DNA of 64,000 nt from assembly GCA_964016885.1 (NCBI GenBank), contig OZ024740.1, positions 136,648,001 to 136,712,000 of the forward strand. The letters run 5' to 3'. The position numbers were made by a program, and so were the translations under genes. This DNA comes from Eledone cirrhosa. Its lineage: Eukaryota. Below, one piece after another: positions 37,488 through 51,100 of the stretch; position 1 is the stretch's first letter, and each line of letters opens with the position of its first letter. The notes beneath the pieces are model-generated. The model saw nothing but the letters and a program-made list of their open reading frames with translations, ran no database searches and was not told where the DNA came from.

Positions 37488-39594
37488 AATAAGTGCAGTT
37501 GATTGGCAGTATGATAGGAGTATCAGACAAAATATATTGTAGTATTTAGTTATAGCCCTTTAAATTCTGATTTCAACCCCAAAGATGATAACTTTACTGT
37601 TCATCTTTACGAGGTCAGTAAATGAAGTGCCAGTCGAATATTTAGGTTAATTAACTGAAATCTTTCTTCACCTAAAACTTCAGGCCTTCTGCCTGTCAGA
37701 AACAATATCAAAATATTCTACCATATGGCCATACAAAAAAAGCGAAGTTATGCAGTAGATATAATTTTAAAATAAAACAAAATTCTATAATGTTCATGCC
37801 TCAAAAGAGGCATTATCAACACCAGTGAAGTAAATTAACTGCTATCAGGGAAAGTAACTGAGTTGCAGACTTGGCTGTACACTGCTCACCACACCTAGGT
37901 ATTATAAACAATAAAACAAAGTACAGTTGAGGCGCAAAGTTGAAAAAAAATAAAACAAAAAAAAATAAATAAATAAAATAAAGTAACAATGGGGTAGATA
38001 GGGTTTATATATAGGTAGAAAGCTCTAGAATTATAAGATAAATTGAGGTGCTATTGCAATCATGCCTTTCTCAAAGGTATTCAGCACAGCCGAGCAAAGC
38101 CATTCTATTGAGAATCAAGACTTAGCCTGTGATTTCATTCACAGAAACAATTTTATGAATAAAGCACAATACTGCAAAATGTAGTTAGATGATGTAACCT
38201 GCTTAAGGGATATAAGGTAACATCTATACTAGGGTGACTGACCCACTGAAAAGCCATCAGGTTTAATCTTAACTACCCAACCACTGAATAACTGAAAATA
38301 ATGGATGATCCTGTATCAGATTTGATGAGCTTTCAGTCATTCAATTACCTGGATGTCTTACTAATTAAATTAATGCTTAAATGGCTTAGAATTCCACAGT
38401 TGTGTACATTTAATATAACTCACAAACAGAATCAGCACAAACAATGTGACATGGCTGGATCTTTGAATTATAGGTACAACCCATTTGACAGAAATCCTTG
38501 AACCTAATGGCTGTGAAAAGAGTTTCTTAACCACTTAAACATGCCTAATAATGATTATACTATTGACCTCAGTATATGAATTTTATGGGTGGTGAACTGG
38601 CAGAGTCATTAGATAGAACATTAGATAGACTTCTTTGTGTATTCTATCTGGTGTTCTGAGTTCAATAAATAAAGTACCAATCCAGTGCTGGGGTTGATTC
38701 TTTCTGTAAATCCCCACCCCTGGAAGAAACTGACTGTGGTCAGACCTGGAGAGGGATGGGATCCACCAGATTTAACATGCTCAAGACATGTCATATGTCA
38801 AAACAGCACCCCTTTGACTCCAAGAATTACAGGTACATTTGTATATATGAATATCTCTTGATACAGCTAACTGGATCATTTATGTAATGGAGTAGGCATT
38901 GCCATGTAATTAACAAGGTTGTACAGCATCTACATGGTTCAAGGTTCAATCTCATTGCATGACATTTTGGGCAAGTTTATTTTATTATAGGCTCAAGTTG
39001 ACCCATATCGTAGTGTATTTGGGAAACAGATATACATTGGGAAAAAATGTGTAAGAGCCTTTTGCGTGTATATATATATATATATTATACATGTTGAAGA
39101 AAACCAGTACATCAGACAAAAGTACATTGTTATATTGAAGTCCAACCGAGTTATCATCCATCTCCCTTTACGCCAACATAAACTTTGCTTTATATATACT
39201 GACAAAGTACATACATACATATATACACATATACATATATTAGTATAGGTACAATGTGGTAGAAATATATGTGTGTATGTATATAATTTTTCTGACTGAT
39301 AAGTTTCAAAAAGTTGGTACAATGCAGTAGAAATATTTAAAGGGCAAAGGATGACAAATAAATCAAAACAAAGCAAGGTTTTACCCAGTATTTTTATACG
39401 ATATTTCAAGGCTGTTATTTTCTTTTCAATTTTGTTTTGAACAGTTTCCATTTCACATTTGAAAAGAGAGGATTAGCCTCATAATATCACGCTGAAATTT
39501 ATTGGGTAAAACATTACTTTGTTTTGTTTTGTTTTATTTCTACTGCATTATACTGGCTTTCTGAAACTTATCAGTCAGAAAAATTACATACATA

Positions 39595-40480
39595 CAGGGT
39601 GCGGACGATATTTGTTCGCAATTTTCAACTGCTAATTTTATGCAATTTTTTTTTTACTTCCGTTGTCACTCTTGTCTTCATAAAAACAGTGACTATATTT
39701 CCATTATTTATTTTCAGAATAATTGATTATGAATAATTTTGAACCTCCAAATTTGTGGAAGAGACACGGAGTTCTTCTTGGAATCCGTGCCGGGAGGACA
39801 AATAAGACCAGAAGATCAACTCCCAGAACAACAGGTGGCTCGCTGTCTCATCCAAAGATGTGCCCAGAGTCATGCAGACAAAGTTTCCAGCGACAACATT
39901 GGTCTTAGGTGTCGTCAGCAGTCAAAGTGACATCATGCCACCTCACTTCTTCCCTGAGGCCCTCAAGCTGAACACCGATGGCTACATCTGCGTTCTGAAC
40001 GAGGTAGTAAAGTCCTGGATCGACCAGGTAGCTGCAGGTAGGCCGTATGTGTGGCAGCAAGACTCAGCGCCCTGCCATACCAGCCGAAAGACCCAAGCCT
40101 GGCTGTCAGAGAACTTCGTTGACCACACTTCACCTGACATCTGGCCTCCCAGCTCGCCTGACTGCAACCCCCTCGACTTCTTTGTGTGGGTGCAGTAGAA
40201 CGAGACACCAACAGATCTAGCTGCAATACGAAAGACAATCTGAAGGCCAGGATCATAAGTGCCTTTAGGGGCCTAAGTCGGGGGACAGTGACGAAGGCCT
40301 GTAGCCGGTTCCAAGGCCGCCTTGAGGCCGTCATCAAAGCCAATGGTGAGTTTATCGAGTGAGATCGAAAGAACAAGTCATGAAGACAAACTGACCCAAG
40401 TTTGATAAATAAATCTTAAAAAAAATGAAACTTATTTTTCCCAGACAGTAATCTTGTGAACAGATATCGTCCGCACCCTG
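39595..40480 (+). mobile_element. Internally deleted Tc1/mariner element of the DD37D (maT) type
   Basis: TIRs CAGGGTGCGGACGATAT.TGTTC.CAA flanked by TA; WQQDSAPCH...SPDCNPLD with 37 residues between the last two Asp; frameshifted. Confidence 0.92.
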
Positions 40481-41116
40481 TACACACATACGTGTGTGTT
40501 TTATTCTATTGCTAAGACGAAGAAAAAAATGAGTTCAAATATTAGTAAAACAAAACACTAAACACTGCAAACGATGAAGTAATTACATCTTAAAATCCAG
40601 AGATAAAATTATATACACATCACTCAAAACAAAAAGCACACACATAAAAATACAGTGTGTGTATATACATATATATATATATATATATACATAGCTATGC
40701 AAAAAAAGAGGACACTCGGAGGTGGGGAGAAAAGAAATATGAGTGGTGAGGAATTAAAGAAAAAAAAGAAGAAAAAAAAAAACCAAAAATAGCCAGAAAA
40801 CAAAAAAAAATGTAATGAAAATACACTGAATGGAAGGCAAACAGAATTATTAGAGAGACAGACAAAGTGAGTAACAAAGGAAAGAAAAGGCACAAACAAA
40901 TACACAAAAAAAATGGAAAGATCTAACTGGTGGTGGTGATGGGGGTTTTAGGTGTAGAGAAAAATGAATATTGGTGTAATGATGACTTGAACCAGTGGGG
41001 CTGGGGATAAATGTGGGAATGGGAGGGAGAGGAAGAGAGAAAAGCAGAAATTGAATTTTTTAAAACTTTTTTTTTTTAAAGAGAAAAAGTGAAAGACACA
41101 GGCAAACCAGTGGTAC

Positions 41117-41152
41117 CTGCCAACTGTAGTGTTTTTCTGTCTGGTTTCCCTC
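41117..41152 (-). CDS. CAD: Candidate 36-nt CAD linker mini-exon (G)GKPDRKTLQLA
   Basis: ttccag acceptor after about 90 nt free of AG and a long pyrimidine tract; CAG|gtacca donor; symmetric phase 1, no stop. No homology support. Confidence 0.6.
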
Positions 41153-41895
41153 CTGGAATGGGTAAATGTCAAAGGTGATCAGTATTTTTATAGATAGATA
41201 GAGAGAAGAGAAGGAAGGAAGAAACATGGAAAAAGATAATGGGCTAAAAAATTAAAAAAATTAAAAAATAAAGGAAAAAGGGGGTGAGAGAAAAGTGGAC
41301 CCCTTCCTCAAAGAAAAAGAATAGGAGAGATAAAGAAGGTAACTGTGAAAGGAGAGATAGGGGGATGAAAAAGAGAGGAACAGAGGTAAGGGCTGAAAAA
41401 GAGAAATGGAGGGTTAAGGATGAGAAAGACCCCCCCCCCCAAATAGGAGTGGGGGATAAAGACAGAAGAGAGAAGGAAAAGTTAGAAAGAGTGGGAGAGA
41501 CAAAAGAAGAAGGGAGAAATGAAGGAAGAGTAAGAAATAAAAGGAAAATAGGAAAACAAAATAAAGAGAAGGAACAGAAAAAGGAGACGCATTTTCCTTT
41601 GCATAAAAACAAAGTATAATTAATAGAGACAAAAATAAATAAAAAGCAATAAAAAGGAGAGGTTTTTCTAATTAGATGAACAGGAGAGGTGATTAAAGAT
41701 ATGAGAAGTTTTGAAATTGCATCCCACTCTAGGGGGAAGTGGTAATTTTACAAGTGTATTAGTTGTACATGATTAGAAATGTTGGAACAAATTGAACTAC
41801 ACCATTTGCTGCAGTATGGTTGTGGTTAAGAAGTTCACTTCACAACCATGTGGTTTTGGGTTCTGTCCCACTGCGCACACTTGAGGCAAATAGCT

Positions 41896-42624
41896 TTAAG
41901 CCTTTAGCATTTAAACCGGCTGTATCCAACCAGAATTCTCTCTTCTCTTTCCGTTCAAACCGGCCGTAACCTGCCACTCATGCCAATGTTAAGGTATTGT
42001 TCTCAATATCAGAGCTATGAGATTTTGATGATATTTATTTTATCATAATATAGTGCAGGACTGCGTCCAAAATATATCTTTTATTCCGTTTGTAAAATAA
42101 GTTGGATTACTTTGAATAAATAATGAATATTACATAATTTATGTACGAAATTTCGTAACTCTTGATTAAAGATTAAATATAAATAATTTTATTGCTTATT
42201 TCAAGATTCACTTCTTTAAAATTTTCAAATGTCAACACTTGCGGTTAGTGTCCGTTATATTATAACACTTATTACATCGCTTATATAAACGTTCATATAT
42301 TTCCATCGCTAATTTTTTCCTAATGCAGTTTATATATATCGTCTTTTTTAAATGTATCATGGATTACTTTACTGATTGCCATAGAGAGTGTAACACAGTC
42401 TCTCATCAAATTTCTGTGCATATTCTCAATTACAATTTTATTTGACGTATTATATTTAAATGCATATATATTTGCGTATAATATCAATAAGCACACTACA
42501 CATGCTAGCAGAAAACCACCTGAAGGGTGGTTTTTCTGCTAGTGTGGGATAATGATGTGAGGTAAAGCCTTTACCGTGAAAATACAATAGTAAATATAGA
42601 GTAATGTAAATGCTAAAGAGTTAA
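41896..42624 (+). mobile_element. piggyBac-type MITE inserted in a family 3 SINE and carrying a 500-bp insertion
   Basis: TTAA at both ends, TIR CTTTAGCATTTA/TAAATGCTAAAG; flanks align to 9128-9313. Confidence 0.75.
42043..42542 (+). mobile_element. Candidate non-autonomous Helitron
   Basis: A|TC start, CTAG|T end, subterminal hairpin AAAACCACC-TGAAG-GGTGGTTTT; absent from the sister MITE copy. Confidence 0.5.
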
Positions 42625-43539
42625 GGCAGCCGCAAGATGGAAACTAAGGAAGTCTGTCATGTATGTGTATGTGTATGTGTGATAGAAAAAAGTCTTCATA
42701 ACACTTTAGGCTGCCACATCTGTCTCCCACAGCATAGCAGTTGACAATGACAAGTAGTACATACTATACTATTTTTTAAAATCACCAAAGTATATCACCT
42801 ACAGTCATCTTGTTGTGTCAAAAAGCAAAGTTGACCTAAACAAGATTTGAACACAGAAACCAGTATATCCTAAACTAAAAATGCTTTGCAAGGACAACTT
42901 CCCTGCTATACACACATGAATAGAGTCCACAACAAAACTAGAAAGTTGTGACATTCATATCTTTCGAGAGAGTGTTAGTAGCTAAAGTGAAATGAAGTGA
43001 TTTCCATTTGGAACACAGAACCAGTCATGGATATTTGTGTCAGAGACTGCATTTTTAGTATAAATTATACACACACACTTTTCTATCCATGAAAAGAAAG
43101 AAAACGATATTTGTTTAAAATGTCACAATACAATGATGGCAGGTGACAACATATTTATGGCTGTTCGACTTGCGAGAAATAACAAAATCACTTCCTAAAG
43201 TTTTAACCCTTTTGCAATGAAACTATCTGAAACCATACTAAACTGTTTATATTAATCTATAAACTTTCCATCATCATTTTATGTAAAAACCCCAGTTAAG
43301 TTATGCTCTGTTATTACATTTTATTCTGACACATTCACTGTCTCTATACTATCTTATTTATTTCATTATCTAAGACTATGTGTTTGTTACAATTGCTCCA
43401 TCCAAATGTATTTCTTCAGCAATCCAAAGAATCTGATAAATTAAGCATGTCAGTGTTTGTATATGAATGATGTAATGGAAATCAGATCAATTAGCGAAAT
43501 CAATAATTTAGAATATGTGTGTATATCTCACAAATTAGT

Positions 43540-44340
43540 GAACACAAACACATCATCGCTTTTATTTCCAATTCCACACTTCCATGGATCCTTCTCAGCA
43601 CGGCATCTCTCCACTTGTTGCATTTCTTCGTCATCTCCCCCGCCAGGCTTAGTGATTTGAGGTCAGCTCTCACAAGCTCTGCACAGGTCTTTCTTAGTCA
43701 TTCTCTACTGCGGCTTCCTTCCACTGGGATTTACTGGCATTTCTTCACTCATCGGTCATTGTCCATATAAATGCAATCTTCTCTCCTGCACATCATCTAG
43801 GAATCCTCTTGAACCCAGCTTCTCCCTCAGTTCATCCAACGAAACATGGTTGCTTCATTTCTCTTTCTCTCCAGTTTACACGTCTTCTGCAGTCACAGCC
43901 CATGTTTCATTACCTTCCGGCATCATGCACTACACACAAGCATCATACAGCCTTCCTTGTCAGCAGTGGGAGTGGTTCTCTGAAGTTATGTACATAGGGA
44001 GAAACTTTTTGTGGTCAGCAGTGGGAGTAATTCTCTAAACTTCTTCCATCCCATCTTTATTTGAGCTATTATACTATCGTCGCACCTTCCACTGCTAACT
44101 AGGTCACCTAGATAGCAGAAGTTATCAACCATGTCTATGGATCTTTCCTGTAATTGGAAAACGTTTATATCATTGGTACTCTTCCTCCTGTGCATATACA
44201 CGCAAAGTTCTCCCTTCCTGTTAGTCTTCTCGTTATCCCACTACATCGCTTGTGTACCAAAGATTTACTTTGTGTACAGTGTATAGAGTTTATGCCTACT
44301 CCTTTTCTACATATTAAGTATGGCCACTTCCCTGAGGGAA
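43540..44340 (-). mobile_element. Degraded 5'-truncated RTE LINE (PHD-bearing family)
   Basis: [47 protein letters not shown] remnants. Confidence 0.88.
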
Positions 44341-45563
44341 CTTGAAAGTAATGAGTTCAAGAAAAAAAAGATACCAATTGCATATGCACTTCTGGGGTGG
44401 GATGAAGTTTGTACAGAAAATGTTAATTCTAAAAACATTTACATGCATTATATATATATATATATAAATATAAAGACAACAAAATTTGAGCAACAGAAAC
44501 TATGTGGTGAGAGAGAGGGAGAGAGAGAGAAACAGCTGGAGAAGCAGTCATCAGGAATATCCACATGACCAACTAAGTTTTGGGACCAATGATGGTAACA
44601 ATAATGGTTACTAATTTAGGCACAAGATTAGCCATGTAGACAGATGGGAAAGTCGATTATATCGACCCCAGAAGGACAAAAGGTAAAGTTAACCTCAGAA
44701 GGATTCAAACTGTGATGCTTTTAGATAATCTGTTTGTACTAAGTAAGCACTATCAAACAGTCATTAATGCCATACTTCAACCACAACACTAAACTTACAT
44801 CATAGACAACACCTACTTTGACACTAGTGACTTGTTTAGATGTTGAAAAGCAGATCACATCTTAAAGAACATTCTTTTTACAAAAGATTATATACATACA
44901 CACACATATTTTCCTCCTCTATATCTTTTTCTCACTCCCTATCACTCTTCTCTGGAAGAAATTGGTTGTGTTCAGCCATGTAGAGGGATGGGCTCTGCTA
45001 AGTTTAAAATGCCCAAGCAAGGCTTTAATCCATACCTATATATTTCACAACAAACTCTAGAAATTATATTTTCCTTATTGGCATCACAAATCATAGTCTT
45101 ACTTTTATATACTACCCCTGCAAAGATAGTTGAGGTGACCATGCAAAAATTTAGATGCTCATCAGAGAAGTATTAGCTGGGAAGTTAAGATGCTTGGCAA
45201 CAGCCATAGCATGTCTCCTGAGCAAGCTATGTAACTTTGCTGGATTCAGTCTGCTCAAGTGAAAAACATGATCTATCCCTCTTATTTCACACTTGAGTGA
45301 TTAGAAAGAGCATCTAGCTATAATGAAGGCAACCAGCCTAACAATATGTTATAATATAGCATAACCAATGTTATAATTACATTTTTTTTTTTAAATTAAG
45401 CTCCATTGACTGTTAATCCGTACATAGATAGGGCAGGCAAAATACTATTTGCCCAGCAATTCATACCATTCATTCTGAATATGATATAGGGGGAAAAAAA
45501 TGGAGAAAAAGAGATATAAAGGCAGAAAGGTGACCCTCAAAATGATTTGTTGTCTCAACTTAC

Positions 45564-45840
45564 CATGATGGTATGGAGCCTGGTGTGGTTCATGTGTTGG
45601 TTGTGGCACCTTTGGTATGCCACGATTGGGGAAGGCAAATGAGGCGGGTTGGTTACCAGCAGCAGTTAGTGTTGTAGATGGTATCATTTTACGAGGGCTT
45701 GTAGGTTCAGATGGTGGCTGTGACAGTGATGCCATAGTTGGAATCTGAACAGTTAATTGCTCACTGATGGGTAGTTGGGTTGATACTGTTGGTTGTGGCA
45801 TTGAGCGGACATCTATACCAAAACCAGGCTGTACTAGAAC
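45564..45840 (-). CDS. CAD: CAD exon, end of DHO plus Pro/Ser/Thr-rich linker: VLVQPGFGIDVRSMPQPTVS...QAPYHH
   Basis: cag acceptor, G|gtaagt donor, 277 nt, phase 0-1; VLVxPGxGxDVR matches the DHO end. Confidence 0.93.
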
Positions 45841-46828
45841 CTGAGTTTAATATTAGTTAAAAAAAAAAAATAAATAAATAAAAATTAAATAAAGGAGAAA
45901 ATCAAAAATTCTCAAACATTGTGATCTGATTGCTAATCTGAGCACTATAGGATGCAGTTACATTTATGTCATCATTTTTACATGTTTTTCCATTCTGGCA
46001 TAGATTGCATAAGACTTTTCGAATTAATTTTTCAATGGCTAGGTGCCTTCTTGTTGGCAACTTATACTTTATTTTTTTTTTTTAATATGGCATATTATTT
46101 ATGTTAGACATGTCACCACTTAGTTTAAACAATAGTAATATGAAGGTAGATGGTAAATTGGCAGAGTTGTTAGAATGTCAGATAAAATGTTTTGACTCTG
46201 CTGAGATAAAATTCTACAAAAGTCAACTTTGCCTATCCTCCATTTCAGGGTCAATATAAGAACAATGTAGCAGTCTAGTACTGGGCTCGATTCTCTCTAT
46301 ATATCTCTTTGTCACAGCCATTCTCTCTCTATCCTTCTCTGGAAGAAATCCACTATAATCAGACTTCGAGAGAACAGTTCTGACAGGTTAAAAAAATAAA
46401 ATGCCTAGAAATTCTATATATCAATACGCTACCCCTAGGAGATATGAACCACATGTGGTTGCAAAGTAAACTTCTTTACCACTCAGCTATACCATTACCA
46501 ACAATGAAAACCAGCAGGTTGATTTGATGAGTAGGACATTCACTTGATTAAATAACTGAATATTTATCGAAACTGATGGAGGATCCTCACTATAAGATGA
46601 CCTTCCTTCAAGCAATGTAGCGCACTCCCTTATCTTGGCCAGGGACACAATAAGCAACCTAGTGCTATAATGAGGCAGTACTGGTGCCCTGATAAAATAC
46701 ACCCAGCCCACTTTGTAAAGTAGTAGTGTTGGTCCCACAGTATTCACCTAGCCATGCAAGCATAGAAAATATGTTAAATAATGACAATGATGGACATACA
46801 AGACAGTTGGCAAGTTATGTACAATCAA

Positions 46829-49530
46829 TCATCATCATTTTACGTCTGCTTTTCCTATTCAGCACAGCATCTCTCCACTTGTCACGGTCCTTCATCATCT
46901 CCCCCGGGAGCTTCAGTGATCTGAGGTCTGCTCTCATCACCTCCGCCCATGTTTTTCGTGGTCCTCCTCTACTACGGCTTCCTTCACCCATCGGTCATCC
47001 TCCATGCACATCACATGTCCATACCATCGCAGTCTCTTCTCCCGCACACTACAATTTATCCCTCTCAACACATCCATACTTGCCTCATTTCTCTCCAGCC
47101 GTCGCATATCTTCTGCAGTTGCTGCCCATGTCTCACTACCATGCAGCATTGTGCACCTCACACAGGCATTATATAACCGGCCTTTCGTATGCAGGGAGAA
47201 ACCCTTCTTCGTCAGCAGAGGAAGCAGCTCCCTAAACTTCTTCCAGCCCGTCATTCTAGATACTATGGCCTCGGAACACCCCCCTCCCATGCTAATCTGA
47301 TCACCTAGGTACCGGAAGCTATCAACCACTTCTATAGAACCCACCTGCATTTGAACAATGTGTCTATCAATGCGACTTCTGTCAAATTTCCCTCTACATC
47401 TACTGCATATGTATTTCTCCCTACCCGTTAGTTTGCCTGCTATCCCACTACATCTCTTGTGTACATTTTATAGAATTTATGCCAGTTCCTTTTCTGCATA
47501 TCGAACATCGCCATTTCCCTGATGGAATCAGAGTTTTGTCTCTTTTCTACTCATCAACACTTTTGTCTTAGCTAGGTTCACTCTCTGTCCTCTTGATTCC
47601 AACTGCTGTTTCCATAGCCAGAATTTATTCTCTAGCTCCTCTACAGATTCTGCTATAAGAACCAGATCGTTAGCATAGAGAAGTTCCCATGGACAGCCAG
47701 TCTTAAACTCTTCTGTTATGGCTTGGAGGAGTATAATAAACAAGATCGAGCTGAGGACCGAACCCTGATGTACTCCTACTTGTATCTGGAATTCCTCACA
47801 AAACTCCATTCCTACCCTCACTTTACTGACAGCACCTCTGTACAAAGCTTGCACGAGCCATTCCTCAACACCTAGTTTCCTTAGGGACCACCAGATGACA
47901 GATCGGGGTACCCTATCAAAGGCCTTCTCTAAGTCAACAAAAGCTAAGTATAGTGGCTTATTTTTCTCTAAGAACCTCTCTTGTAGTTGGCTCACTAAGA
48001 AGAGAGTATCTGTTGTACTTTTCCTAGGCACAAAACCAAACTGCATCTCATCTAGTTTGACCCTTTCTCTAATTAGTTGCGCTAATATCCTTTCTGCCAC
48101 TTTCATAACCTGATCCATCAGTTTTATGCCCCTATAATTGCCCATCTCCAGAGCACCCCCCTTTACTTTTGTAGCAATTTATGAGAATACTGTTGCACCA
48201 GTCTTTGGGTATGACACCACCATATATAGCCTGATTGATGATGTGTGCAACCAGTTTAGTGCCTACGTCCCCTGATGCCTTCAGCATCTCAGCAACTATC
48301 CCCGACGGTCCAGCGGCCTTACCATTTTTCATTTCCTTAATCGCCTCTTGTACCCTATATTCGTCACTCTCAATAGCTGGTCCCTGTCGGGTCTACTGGG
48401 GGTAATTTCTCTCTCTCCCATTCGTTCTCCACATTCATAATGACATTTCCAGGCCTCCTTTTTCTGATCATTTGTGACACTAAGTACACCGGCATCATTC
48501 CGGATACACTGCCTTGCAATACGGAACACCACACATCTCTGATCTTCCCATCGCAGAACATTGGCAAACCTCCTACTCTCAGCCTCCCTGCGTGCTAAGT
48601 ACACCTGACGTCTAGCTTCTTGCTTAGCGGCTGTGTATCCTTCTCTACTCCCACCATTTTTCCAAGCAAGTCTTTTGTCTCTAATGGCCCTATCTACTGT
48701 GCTGTTCCACCACCAGGTCACTGTCTGGTTGAAGCTCTGCTCCAGCCACGAGTTTCTTCAGTAGCCTGCACTAAGTTGTCACGTAAGAAATTCCAGTTAT
48801 CATCTATGTCATACGACTCTAAATCATCTTTTTCGTCATACACATCTTGAAGGGCTTTCCTAAATTTATATGTTAGTGAAAGGTCTTTTAACTTCCAGAC
48901 CTTCCTGTATGTCTCATTCTGTCTCTTGCTTACTAACATATCACTAACAACTAACCTATGCTGTGGGGTACATTCTTCCCCGGGGTATGCCTTGGTATTT
49001 GACACCATCTATCTGTTTCGCTGCCTAACTAGCAAGAAGTCAATCTGGCTTATGTGCTCGCCTGATTTGTAGGTTATTAGGTGGTTGGCAGGTTTCTGGA
49101 AGTTAGTGTTGCAAATGGTTAGTGCACTTGCATCACAAAATTCAAGAAGCCTCACTCTTTCTATCATTTCTTGAGCCGTAACCGTGCCCACCATATACCC
49201 CAGTGTATCCATCCTGGAGCTGTCCAACATGACCATTGAAGTCCCCTGCTAGCATAACGATGTCACCGTCCTCTGTTATTATGGCTGTTTGTAAAAGTTG
49301 CTCACAAAAGCAGTCTTTCTCTTCTTTACCTAGGCCTGCCTGGAGAGCACAGGCAGAGATGATTGTACAACTAATCTAAGCTTAATTATTCTATTACTAA
49401 CTCTAACTACCTCTATTGTCTTATTGATCCATCTCTCAGCCAGTAAAATGCCTACCCTACCTAACCCATCATCATTACCCACCCAGAAAAGCTTATAACT
49501 AAGATGTTTGCCTGTTAGATTATTGTTCAA
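46829..49530 (-). mobile_element. Near-full-length, inactive RTE LINE ORF (APE endonuclease, RT, PHD insert, thumb)
   Basis: GVGILL-like, GDFNGH, SQIDFLL, TWWWN, GKAAGPSG, NYRGIKL, FVDLEKAFDRV, GVHQGSVLS, YAND (YADD mutated), FRYLG; many frameshifts. Confidence 0.95.
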
Positions 49531-50630
49531 CACCCTATTTCAAACATACATACATACATACATACTCCCTAAATCAGAGCTATCCATTTTTTTGTGACAC
49601 ATTGAGTTTTTGTTCAGCATGAAATTAATTGAATTCACATGGCAGTATTCCCACAATTTCTCAAAGACCTGCTGAAATGTGAATATTTGCTTGGCTATGC
49701 TGTGTCTGGGGTAAAAACCACACTGTTCATCAGTTAGCTTGGACGCAATCTCCCTTCATCTCTTTGTCAGACACGGCATAGACTTTACCAGGAAGGCTTA
49801 ACAAGGAGATCCCTCTATAATTGGAGCAATCTCTCTCATCTTCCTTTTATAAAATTTGGATCATCACTCCTAATTGACATTGCTTAGGTACATTTCCAGA
49901 GATCCAGGCCACCCAGCACACGAGTCAGCCAGAGAATACATTCTCTATTTAAGGCTTTTAATATTTCAGGTCAAATTTCATCCCCGCTATTGGCCTTGTC
50001 ACATTTAAGCTCTTTAATTGCTCATGTGACCTCAGCCTTTGAGAGATAAGTCATTGCTCCCAGATGTACCTTGTGTACATCAGAAGATGCTGTTGTGATC
50101 AGGTTTAGGGGATCAGCAAAATATTCTCTCCACCTCTCTGTATTTAATAGCTGAAGCAGAAACTGCTGACCTGAACAATCTCCACTCTATTTCAACATCC
50201 TCAGTTTTCTTAGGGGGTTCGCTGAATTGGATGCATTAGTATCTGCATACTTGGTCACATCATATACAAACAGTATAATATATCTATATATGAATATACA
50301 ATCCACACTGTAAATGTGGCTGGTGTTAGAAAGGGCATCCAGCTGAAAAATACCCAACCTAATTTATAGTTCCATCTGAACACGGTACAGCCTGGCCAAT
50401 CTGGCCAGACTTGCCTCCCGGCATGGATGACCTGTCTCATGGAAAAATGGACACTAAATGGTGATGATAATATACCACTTACTAATCAAATTTCTAATTG
50501 CATACAAAATTCTCAGATCTCAAATATATTTTGCAAAACAAATTGAGCAGATTTGACAATTTTATGACATGCTTAAGAATTATCAGCAATACAGTAAAGT
50601 GTTGCAACACACAGACTGGAAACCTCTGCT

Positions 50631-50852
50631 TTAACCCTTTTGATATCAAGTTACCTGAAACAGTTGTTATTTCTACAATATAAAACCTGCTGATTTTAAA
50701 ATTTTCATACTAAAATTAAGCTATTACATTATATTTTCTGGAGTATGTTCCAAACACTTAATTTTAGTCGTTTTAAAAATATCAAAATTTTTGATATTCC
50801 AAATCAATTTGAAAACATAGGGAATAAATTTCATCAGAATCCAAAGGGTTAA
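50631..50852 (+). mobile_element. piggyBac-type MITE, second family
   Basis: TTAA-CCCTTT ... AAAGGG-TTAA, ending about 30 nt from the 50885 donor. Confidence 0.7.
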
Positions 50853-50884
50853 ACGAGAGAGAGAGAAAGAGAAAGAGTATTCAC

Positions 50885-51100
50885 CTCGCCATCAATATAG
50901 GCAATTTCTCCTCTGATCACCACACGTCGAACTGCTCCACACACATTACGTCCTGCAAATGGTGTCCACTTGCATTTGCTCTGTTTTGGTTGTTTAGGTA
51001 TCGTATAAAAGGTGTCCATATCCACCTCTACATAGGTATCAAGTTGGTCTGGCAAATTGAAGATCTTCTTTGGGTTGGAGTGTAGTCGGAGTATAATGTC
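50885..51100 (-). CDS. CAD: CAD exon, DHO C-term: [17 protein letters not shown]...[28 protein letters not shown]
   Basis: cag acceptor, GAG|gtgaat donor, 216 nt, phase 0-0. Confidence 0.96.

Noticed and set aside
41244-41632. K/E/R-rich and F/L/S-rich ORFs
   Set aside because: Low-complexity purine/pyrimidine tract upstream of the 41152 acceptor.
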